This document shows positions 24,801 through 34,966 of a stretch of DNA of 64,000 nucleotides, one piece after another. Positions within the stretch are counted from its first letter, which is position 1. The number at the start of each line of letters is the position of its first letter. Below the pieces are notes generated by a model, which saw only the letters and a program-made list of their open reading frames with translations, was not told the DNA's origin and did no database searches. A program made the position numbers and the translations under genes. The DNA is from Chiloscyllium plagiosum (Eukaryota): positions 36,279,188 through 36,343,187 of the forward strand of contig NC_057718.1 of the NCBI RefSeq assembly GCF_004010195.1. The letters run 5' to 3'.

Positions 24801-25903
24801 ATCAATTTTGGTGTCATCTACAAACTTAATAAATGTACCTCTTATGCTCGCATCCAAATCATTTATGTAAATGACAAAAAGTAGAGGACCCAGCACCGAT
24901 CCTTGGACCCAGCACTCCACTGGTCACAGGCCTCCAGTCTGAAAAAGAATCCTCCACCACCACCCTCTGTCTTCTACCTTTGAGCCAGTTCTGTATCCAA
25001 ATGGGTAATTCTCCCTGTATTCCATGTGGTCTAACCTTGCTAATCAGTCTCCCATGGGCAATCTTTTCAAACGCCTTAATGAAGTCACATCAACCACTCT
25101 GCCCTCATCAATCCTCTTTGTTACTTCTTCAAAAAACTCAATCAAGTTTGTGAGACATGATTACCCACACACAAAGCCATATTGACTATCCCTAATCAGT
25201 CCTTGCCTTTCCAAATACATGTACATTTTGTCCCTCAGGATTCCCTCCAACAATTTACCCACCACCGAGGTCAGGCTCACTGGTTTATAGTCCCCTGGCT
25301 TGTCCTTACCGCCCTTCTTAAACAGTGGCACCACATTTGCCAACTTCCAGTCTTCGGGCACCTCACCTGTGTCTATCGATGATACAAATATCTCAGCAAG
25401 AGGCTCAGCAATCACTTCTCTAGCTTCCCGCAGAGTTCTCGGGTACACCTGATCAGGTCCTGGGGATTTATCCACCTTTACCCATTTCCAGACATCCAGC
25501 ACTTCCTCCTCTGTAATCTGGACGTTTTGCAAGATGTCACCATCTATTTCCCTACAGTCTATATCTTCCATATCCTTTTCTACAGTAAATACTGATGCAA
25601 AATACTCATTTAGTATCTCCCCCATTTTCTGCAGCTCCACACAAAGGCCGCCTTCCTGATCTTTGAGGAGCCCTATTCTCTCCCTAGTTATCTTTTTGTC
25701 CTTAATGTATATGTAAAAACCCTTTGGATTCTCCTTAATTCTATTTGCCAAAGATATCTCTTGTCCCCTTTTTCCCCTCCTGATTTCCCTCTTACATATA
25801 CTCCTACTGCCTTTATACTCTTCTAAGGATTCACTCGATCTATCCTGTCTTTACCTTACATATGCTTCCTTCTTTTTCTTAACCAAACCCTCAATTTCAT
25901 TAG

Positions 25904-26083
25904 GTCAGGCAGCATCCAAGGAACAGGAGAATCGACGTTTCGGGCACGAGCCCTTCTTCAGGAAGGGTTCATGCCCAAAATGTCGATTCTCCTGCTCCTT
26001 GGATGCTGCCTGACCTGCTGCGCTTTTCCAGCAACACATTTTCAGCTCTGATCTCCAGCATCTGCAGTCCTCACTTTCTCCTC
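25904..26083. mobile_element. Palindromic head-to-head PLE pLTR mini-element (family B)
   Basis: Arms 25902-25960 and 25962-26016 are inverted repeats; flanked by direct repeat CCTCAATTTCATTAG (25889-25903, 26080-26094). Confidence 0.85.
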
Positions 26084-26402
26084 AATTTCATTAGACATCC
26101 AGCATTCCCTATAACTACCAGCCTTTCCTTTCATCCTGGTAAAAACAAGGACTGCAGATGCTGGAAACAAGACTGCAATTTCCCTTCCCACGTGATTAAA
26201 GATGCCCTCCAACGCATCTCGTCCACATCCCGCACCTCCACCCTCAGACCCCACCCCTCCAACCGTAACAAGGACAGAACCCCCCTGGTGCTCACCTTCC
26301 ACCCTACCAACCTTCGCATAAACCAAATCATCCGACAACATTTCTGCCACCTCCAAAAGGACCCCACCACCAGGGATATATTTCCCTCCCCACCCCTTTC
26401 CA

Positions 26403-26888
26403 NNNNNNNNNNNNNNNNNNNNNNNNNNNNNNNNNNNNNNNNNNNNNNNNNNNNNNNNNNNNNNNNNNNNNNNNNNNNNNNNNNNNNNNNNNNNNNNNNN
26501 NNNNNNNNNNNNNNNNNNNNNNNNNNNNNNNNNNNNNNNNNNNNNNNNNNNNNNNNNNNNNNNNNNNNNNNNNNNNNNNNNNNNNNNNNNNNNNNNNNNN
26601 NNNNNNNNNNNNNNNNNNNNNNNNNNNNNNNNNNNNNNNNNNNNNNNNNNNNNNNNNNNNNNNNNNNNNNNNNNNNNNNNNNNNNNNNNNNNNNNNNNNN
26701 NNNNNNNNNNNNNNNNNNNNNNNNNNNNNNNNNNNNNNNNNNNNNNNNNNNNNNNNNNNNNNNNNNNNNNNNNNNNNNNNNNNNNNNNNNNNNNNNNNNN
26801 NNNNNNNNNNNNNNNNNNNNNNNNNNNNNNNNNNNNNNNNNNNNNNNNNNNNNNNNNNNNNNNNNNNNNNNNNNNNNNNNNNNNNNNN
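26403..26888. other. Assembly gap (N run)
   Basis: Run of N. Confidence 1.
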
Positions 26889-27009
26889 ACCCTCCTCCCT
26901 GACCTATCATCTTCATCCCCACCCCCATTCACCTATTGCACTTTATGCTACTTTCTCCCACCCCACCCTCCTCTCATTTATCTCTCCATCCTGCAGGCAC
27001 TCTGCCTCA

Positions 27010-27045
27010 ATTCCTGATGAAGGGCTTTTGCCCGAAACGTTGATT
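27010..27045 (+). ncRNA. Minimal hammerhead ribozyme in PLE pLTR
   Basis: auuc-CUGAUGA-a-gggc(uuuu)gccc-GAAAC-GUU-gauu. Confidence 0.7.
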
Positions 27046-28869
27046 TTCCTGCTCCTCAGATGCTGCCTGAACTGCTGTGCTTTTCCACCACCACTCTAAT
27101 CTAAAATTTCCTTTCACCCTAACAGGAATATACTTTCTCTGGATTCTCATCATCTCATTTCTGAAGGCTTCCCATTTTCCAGCCATTCCTTTACCTGCGA
27201 ACATCTGCCCCCAATCAGCTTTTGAAAGTTCTTGCCTAATACTGTCAAAATTGGCCTTTCTCCAATTTAAACTTCAACTTTTAGATCTGGTCTATCCTTT
27301 TCCATCACTTTTTTAAATATAATAGGATTATGGTCGCTGGCCCCAAAGTGTTCCCCCACTGACACCTCAGTCACCTGCCCTGCCTTATTTCCCAAGAGTA
27401 GGTCAATGTTTGCACCTTCTCTGGTAGGTACATCCACATACTGAATCACAAAATTGTCTTGTATGCACTTAAGAAATTCCTCTCCATCTAAACCTTTAAC
27501 ACTATGGCAGTCATAGTCTATGTTGGGAAAGTTAAAATCCTCTCCCATAATCACCCTATTATTCTTACAGATAGCTGAGATCTCCTTACAAGTTTGTTTC
27601 TCAATTTCCCTCTGACTAATTGAGGGTCTATAATACAATATCAATAAGGTGATCATCCCTTTCTTATTTCTCAGTTCCACCCAAATAACTTCCCTGGATG
27701 TACGTCCGGGAACATCCTCCCTCAGCACAGTGTAATGCTATCCCTTATCAAAAATGCCACTCCCCCTCCTCTCTTGCCTCCCTTTCTATCCTTCCTGTAG
27801 CATTTGTATTCTGGAACATTAAGCTGCCAGTCGTGCCCATCCCTGAGCCATGTTTCTGTAATTGCTATGATATCCCAGTCCCAAGTTCCGAACCATGCCC
27901 TGAGTTCATCTGCCTTCCCTGTTAGACCTCTTGCATTGAACTAAATGCAGTTTAATTTATTAGTCTTACCTTGTCCCTGCCTGCCCTGACTGTCTGAGTC
28001 TCTTCTGTTCTCAACTGTACCAGTCTCAGATTAATCTCCTTCCTCACTATCTCCCTAGGTAGCAACCCCCACCCCCCACCAATCCCACCATACTAGTTTA
28101 AATTCTCCCGAGCATCTCTAGCAAATTTCCCTGCCAATATTAGTCCCCTTCCAATTTAGGTGCAATCCGTCCTTCTTGTACAGGTCACTTCTACCCCAAA
28201 AGAGATTCTAATGATCCAAAAATGTAAATCCTTCTCCCATACACCAGCTCCTCAGCCATGCATTCATCTGCTCTATCCTCCTACTCCTGCCCTCACTAGC
28301 TTGTAGCACCGGGAGTAATCCAGATATTACTACTCTCGAGAACCTCCTTTTTAAATTTCTGCCTAACTCTCTGTAATCTCCCTTCCTGTGTCATGGTTCC
28401 AATGTGGACAATTCCCTCTTGCTGGGCCCTCTCCCCCCTGAGAACATTATGCACCCTCTCTAAGACATCTTTGATCCTGGCACCAGGGAAGCAACACACC
28501 ATTCTGCTTTTTCGCTGCTGGCCACATAAACATCTGTCTGTACCTCGGACAGACAATCCCCTAACACAATTGATTTGTTGGAAGCCTTCGTACCTCTCGT
28601 TGCATTAGAGCCAGTCTCAATACCAGAAACTTGGCTGTTTGTGCTACGTTCCCCTGAGAATCCATCACCCCCTACATTTTCCAAAACAGCATACCTTTTT
28701 GAAATTGATATATCCACAAAAAACTCCTGCATTAGGTGCCTACCTCTCTTACCTTTTCTGGAGTGGATTTTGAGAGCTGTGAGAGAACTAGCCACTATAA
28801 ATCAAAACCAGAGAATAATTAAAACTTTCATCTCCAACCTTATGCAGAGCAACAACACCTCAATGAATT

Positions 28870-29046
28870 CAGAATTAACGTTTCAGGTCGAGCGACCCTT
28901 CTTCAGAAGAGTTGTGAGGAATGGTCACTTGATCCGAAACGTTAACTCTGATTTCTCTTCACAGATGCTGCCAGACTTGCTGAGCTTTTCTAGCCATTTG
29001 TGTTTTTGTTTTTGATTTACAGCATCCGCAATTCTTTCAGTTTTTA
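28870..29046. mobile_element. Head-to-head PLE pLTR mini-element (family C)
   Basis: TTAACGTTTCAGGTCGAGCGACCCTTCTTCAG followed by its degenerate inverse GAGGAATGGTCACTTGATCCGAAACGTTAAC, then the pLTR tail. Confidence 0.75.
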
Positions 29047-29074
29047 ACACATGAATTAATCATTGTAGCTTTGA

Positions 29075-30945
29075 GTTTTCCAATACCTGCTCCTATGACA
29101 TGAGGAGGAGGTCTGAGGCTGAAATGAAAATTCCTCCAGTCTCAAGTGCAGAATTATGAGATTGTCACAGAGTTTAAAAATAAGTCTGAGCAAATATGAA
29201 TAACAACTTGTTAACAAATGTTGGGAAAGGACTGTTCCAAGCTTGTTGCATAATAGACCTCACTGAGGAGCAGTAAAGCCAGACTTGTGAAATTTCAGAG
29301 GACATGAAGACTGATTTTGTCACCTTCTATAATGTAATTTATAAATGCTTTGTGTTTAGCAATAGAGATCAGAAAGAAACAGAATAATGATTAATTTGTG
29401 ACTGCACTGAGACATCTAGCTGAATCCCGAGAATTTAGGCAATTGAAAGATGATCTCATCGAAGATAGGATTGATTTAGGAACACGCAATCCTGCTGTGA
29501 GAGAATGTCTGCTGAGAAAAGGGAAACATACTCTGTTGTTATGTGTAGGAACTCTCAGGTGGATAATCATGAACTGAATCATATTGAGGGGAGAACCAAT
29601 CAGGTTTTGCTTTATTTTGAGAGGCAGTCCAAAATTTCAACACATATGACAAAGATTGGACAATTTGTAAGTGAGCCAGCAGAAAGTTCAAGGCCAGGGT
29701 ATAAGGTGTAATTACTGTGGAGGGTGCTACAAGAAAGAAAATAGAGCAGGTCCAGCATGGAGATAGCAGTGCACTAACTACAAGAAGCTGTACAAAGTTA
29801 AAAATCACACAACACCAAGTTATAGTCCAATGGTTAAATTGGAAGCACTAGCTTTTGGAGCGCTGCTCCTTCATAAGATGGTTGTGAAGGAGCAGCGCTC
29901 CTAAAGCTAGTGCTTCCAATTAAACTTGTTGGACTATAACCTGGTGTCTTGTGATTTTTAACTTTGTACAGCCCAGTCCAACACCAGCATTTCCAAACAA
30001 ATACAAAAAGCTGAACCACACTGCATGCAGAAATCATCCTGGAAAGGCGAGGAACTTTTTGATAACAGTGGTTGGTGATGAGATGTCAAACAATGACTCA
30101 GATGTATCACTCCACACACTAGAACAGGTTGGCACATCAAATCACGTGGTTTTTAAAGTTGGAATTATGACTGGACGAAAAAAAGTACTAAGTTTATGTG
30201 AAGTGTCAGACAAGTGCCACATGCAGCATCAGAAGCTTCAGTGCTTTGTGTGGAGCTGCTCTGGATGTTGACCCGAAAATGAAGTTGTCAAAAATAAAAT
30301 TGAGACACTCCGAAGGAATGTGTTCATCTCAACAGGACAAAGTTGAGAGTCCAAAACAGTGGATGAATAGATGATCGTTGTTTCCAAATAGAGAGAATTA
30401 AACAAAATCTCCCAGCTTGGCTAAAATAATTCAGCAGATTGGACTGATAATCCTTCATGTAACATAAAGTAATTTGTATGACACTCAGCCATTCTATGCT
30501 GAACAAATCCTGACTCAGATCAAGCAATTTCTACAATGAGATGAAACTCTTCAAATGCTCCAGGAAATTATGGTGAAAGGATGGCCTGAAACCATCAAGG
30601 ACATACCTATATGTATCACAGTGTGTTAGGCATACAGAGATGAAGTGATCATCCCAGATGGCATTTTGTACAAAGCAGTTAGACTCATTAACCCCAAAAG
30701 GATCAGAAAGGAGAGGCAAGGGGATATTCGTGAAACCCATCACAGAATCAATAGAAACACTTTACTGATCAAACATGAACAATGAGATTAAGGACCACAT
30801 CAGTCAGCACACAACTTGGAATGTACATCAAGCAAAGCTTTTGAAAGAGGCACTCATGAGTCAAGACATCCCAGACAGGTCATCAGTGAAGCCTGGAATC
30901 AAACTCTTCATTCTCACTGGAACTAATTATCTTTGAACAATCTAT
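29075..30945 (+). mobile_element. Degraded Gypsy/Ty3 LTR retrotransposon internal region (gag and pol fragments)
   Basis: gag-like TALRHLAES..LKDDLIEDRIDLG near 29400-29500; pol-like LQEIMVKGWP, QDGILYK, NMNNEIKDHI and DIPDR in 30550-30900. Confidence 0.7.
29789..30001. mobile_element. Palindromic head-to-head PLE pLTR mini-element (family A) inserted in the Gypsy remnant
   Basis: About 85-bp inverted arms (29789-29873 and 29886-29970); flanking direct repeat TACAA(G/A)AAGCTG at 29779-29790 and 30002-30013. Confidence 0.85.
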
Positions 30946-33115
30946 TCCTTTGTCCAATTTTGCACTTTTTTTGTTTAATTGAGCAAGACAGCAGTGACTA
31001 GAGGTTATTTACTGGGGCAGAAAATGTTGCCTCTGATCAAGGTATACTCTAATCATCTCTCAGCGGGCCACAGCAGAAGGGGCACTCATTAATTAAAAAT
31101 TCTGTTTTTGTTTAATATGAAAGCAAAAAAAATTGCAAAGATTGACAGAATCTATGAAGAGGAACAGAAAGCAAATTTAGCCCATTTTGGCAAGAAACAG
31201 TGACCTGGTCCATGTAATCATGGGAGAGATGTCATTGCTGTCTGGGAAACAGATCAATTTGGAAATTCCATCCATTTCAGATAGGATGTCAATCAGGTTC
31301 ATTATTCATAACCGATCGAGTAAAGATTCCTGCGACAGTTCCTGGTACATTAATAGCAACAACCAACACTAATGGAGACACAGCCGGTAGTTGGAGAACT
31401 GCTGATCTTTGGTTGTGTAGGGACTTTTCGTGGGTGGGATTTTTATACCTAGGGTCTTAAATCCTGGAAACTGGACAGTTGCATACTTAATTTGGTCTGT
31501 CCTCCCCACAGAAACAATGTTGGTTCCTTAAGCAATGGATGGAGCCTGGATGGGGAACATTAAATTCTACCTACAATGTGTAGCCTTTTAATAGGTTACT
31601 TTTATTCCATATTTCCAGTGTCTATAGTATCTAGTGATCATATTATGTGCCTTTTTAAATTCTGTTTTAATTATTTGATGTAACTAAACTTCAATTCTGT
31701 ACTGTTTTGCAATTATTTAAATGGCGAAACTATGCCAAGTGTCTGGGGCCATAAAGTCAGAACTGCCTTTTGTAACTATCATACAACATGATTACTGCAT
31801 CTGCATTCAATGGAAAATCCCTGTACAAATTTCTAGAGGAAATTATTGTGGCAGTGATATTAACAGAGAATGTGCTGGGGAGCCTGGTGATGGGTGGAGA
31901 ACCCAGCAAATCGATTTCAATAATTCAATGCAGATACCTGCTTAACAACCAACCTGGCTTGGAAGCAATAACATAGCAGCAACTTCAGCTGGGAGTGGAC
32001 ATTGTTGGTCCATGGTGAGATTGACTGGGAACATTTCTGGGCACAACCTAATGGGAAGGTAGGAGCAAGAATGTATTCTGGTCACCTTCAGGAGATATGT
32101 CCTGGCTGATGGCTGAGATCAGGGAATGAAAGCCCATTGATGACAATGATTGGGAAGTGGGGAGGTCCGTGCTATGAGACTGAAGGCTTCTGTGAGTCTT
32201 CTGAGTCCTGCTCCTCCTGATGCACAATGAATTTTACAGGCAGTGGCTCAGTTCTAACCAGTCAGTCACAACTTTCTTTCATATGAAGTAGGTTGCTACT
32301 TGCTTTTAGCTTCTTTCACTGCCTGAAAGACTTCTGTCAAGATTACAGCCGCTGTCAATGAGGTCAGGTTGCTCAAGTCTGGTATTTTAGTTCTTTCACA
32401 ACTACCGGGTGCTAATATTAGGGTCCACATTGTTCAGTCAATTAAATAACTGTGTGAAACAACTAATTACCCTCAGCACTGTCAAAAATGATAAACGTCT
32501 GCAATGTTGAAGGGATGGAATCAATTTTATTTCACTGCTTTTACCATCCATTCATCCACCTCTCTATATATCTGTTTATCTCTCCAGCTAACAACTACCT
32601 GGCAGGCATAATCTTGTATTTTAACTGTAGACAGTTAGAAAATTGTGTTTACTCATGTAAATACTTTCATTTCAGAAATTCTTGTACAGAATGCACATTT
32701 GTCAATCGTATGCCCCAACACCAGAAATAGTTTTAAGAAATGCTTTTCTTACAGCTACAGTGAAAAACCTGGCTCTAATATTCTATGGGTTTCTGCCAAT
32801 ACTGCCCTGAATTTAGTAATTTATGATCTCAGCTAATGTTACTATTGGAGAAGTCAGTATCCAGAGGGAAAGTGATTTGATAAATAGGTTTTCTTTGTTT
32901 TCACATAGTTAACGTGGTGTTCAGTCACTGAGGCACATTCAGACATGGCTGCCGACTTTCTTTAACAAAAGCAAAAGTGTTTGACACAAAAAAAGATTTT
33001 TTAAAAGACATGCTATCTAAATATATAAAGAAATTAGAATTATCTCAAAACACACAGCAAAACAAAGTTTCAACCCCCCCAGTTCTCACCACAATCCATT
33101 AGCGATTTAAGAGAA

Positions 33116-33432
33116 ATTAGATTAGATTACATTACAATGTGGAAACAGGCCCTTCAGCCCAACAAGTCCACACCAACCCGCCGAAGCGCAACCCACCCAT
33201 ACCCCTACATTTACCCCTTACCTAACACTACGGGCAATTTAGCATGGCCAATTCACCTGACCTGCACATCTTTGGACTGTGGGAGGAAACCGGAGCACCC
33301 GGAGGAAACCCACGCAGACACGGGGAGAACATGCAAACTCCACACAGTCAGTTGCCTGAGGTGGGAATTGAACCCGGGGTCTCTGGCGCTGTGAGGCAGC
33401 AGTGCTAACCACTGTGCCACCGTGCCGCCCAC
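33116..33432 (-). mobile_element. HE1-type tRNA-derived SINE, well preserved
   Basis: Minus strand GGCGGCACGGTGGCACAGTGGTTAGCACTGCTGCCTCACAGCGCCAG..GGTTCAATTCCC (A/B boxes), V-domain-like body, (TCTAA)n tail. Confidence 0.9.
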
Positions 33433-33794
33433 AAATGACACTCAACTTTTTGAAATTCTACTCAACTGATAGTAGACAGTTTCTTAACTTTGAACTGTGG
33501 AGGCAATTCAATGAGTCTTTTCCAAATCTGCTAACATGAATTTTTAACTCATCTGAGAACCCAGACTTTCTCATTCCTAATAATCTGCTGATTTCTAAGC
33601 AGGCTTTTTCGGTTTGTTAGGTTCACAAACTAAACTTTTCTACTGAAGTAACTTATTCCCTGCTCTGAACCTTCTTCTGGACAAGAAACAATGCTTGCTT
33701 CTAATTTCAACACAAGGGGCTGCTTTTGGAACAAAACTACGAAAAACTTACTTCTGAAATGAATGCCTTTATCAAAACTGGCTTAAGGTTGACA

Positions 33795-34106
33795 TGATGG
33801 CATTGCTGCTGCACAGTACTACAGACTCGAGTTCGATTCCAGCTTGGAGTGAGTGTGTGGAGCTTGCATGCTCTCCCCATGTCTGTATGCGTTTCCACCG
33901 GGTACTCTAGTTTCCAAAGATATGCAAACTAAATGGATTGGCCAATCTTAATTGTCCCTAGGCGTCCAGGGATGTGCAGGCTAGGTGGATGAACCATGGT
34001 AAATAGGGGATTACAAGGAAAGGGTGGGATGCTGGCTTAGGTTGGAGGGTAGGTACAGACTCGATGGGCTGAATAGCCTCTTTCCACATTGTAGGGATTC
34101 TATCCT
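33795..34106 (+). mobile_element. Degraded HE1-like SINE
   Basis: GAGTTCGATTCC B box, TGTGTGGAGCTTGCATGCTCTCCCC body, tail TTTCCACATTGTAGGGATTCTAT. Confidence 0.75.
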
Positions 34107-34966
34107 AGATTCTTCCGAACTGAAATCAAAACCAGTGGTATTACATGTCTACTGTACCTGTGCTGTCATAATCCCAACAGTGTACACAACTTTCTGTCGG
34201 CATCACCAGGGTTTCCAGTTACCTGCTCTCTGACAAATCTATGTTGTGTCAATCACCTTCTTAATACTTTTGTCCAATGGTTACAAGTCATGATATCAAA
34301 ATGAGCATTGTCCCCTTGCCCTACTTCCATTTGAAGGTTAGTTGTCATTCCTTTTAAGACCAAAACATCCTGTTCTCCCAAACACAGCACTGGTAAAAAA
34401 GTACTGTGGGTCCGATAAATCTTTCATGCCAATTTCACACTGAAAACTGTGACATTAGTGATTCTTATGAATATTTTCTTTGTTTTCATAGGCTGGAGGT
34501 TTGTTTTATGTTTGTAGACTGCTTTTGTTTCAAATGTAACACAGTGAATACTGTTTCATACAACACAAAAAGTACAAGACATGGTAAGTTTAAAGACGTC
34601 AATTTTAAAGGGGACCTCAATTTCAGGTGCACCATCTAAACCCAAGTTCCAAAAATGAGATTAAGATATATAAATTATAAACCCTTCATCACAACGGGCT
34701 AGTGCATTTTTCAAAGAAATGGTGGATAGGCAACTATAGTAGGTTTCAGTGCTCCTGGCCCTGTACAGGAACTGGCATATTGCTACAAAGATGAGGCCTC
34801 CCAGCCTCCATAAAAGCATATGTGGAACACAGCTCTTTATTGATATGTAGTCTGGGCCTATGACTTAGTCCCTCCACCAGCCTGCCTGTCTGGGGCCTAT
34901 CAAAGCAATAGCTGAATTGAAGGCTGGAGGTAGGACTATCCTTTATCTGTCCTTTCAGTTATGAAT

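Larger units (their letters stand above)
26138..27106 (+). mobile_element. Penelope-like element (family B-related), 5'-truncated, with inverted 5' terminal piece and 14-bp TSD; spans a gap
   Basis: ORF DRTPLVLTFHPTNLRINQIIRQHFCHLQKDPTTRDIFPSPPL; TSD TTTCCTTTCA(T/C)CCT at 26124-26137 and 27107-27120. Confidence 0.88.
23925..28760 (-). mobile_element. Near full-length CR1/HER1-like LINE (ORF1 esterase region plus ORF2 APE-RT), disrupted, with two nested PLE insertions
   Basis: ORF1: IVLGD, CCFPGARIKDV, IVHIGT (SGNH esterase-like). ORF2: YYRP, DFNFPNID, SDHN, KSPGPD, VVPLFKKG, QGSVLGPLLFVIYINDLD, KFVDDTK; 3' TCTATGAC tail. Confidence 0.93.

Noticed and set aside
33340..33432. tRNA-like sequence here and at 42975-43050
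   Set aside because: These are SINE heads continuous with SINE bodies, not tRNA genes.
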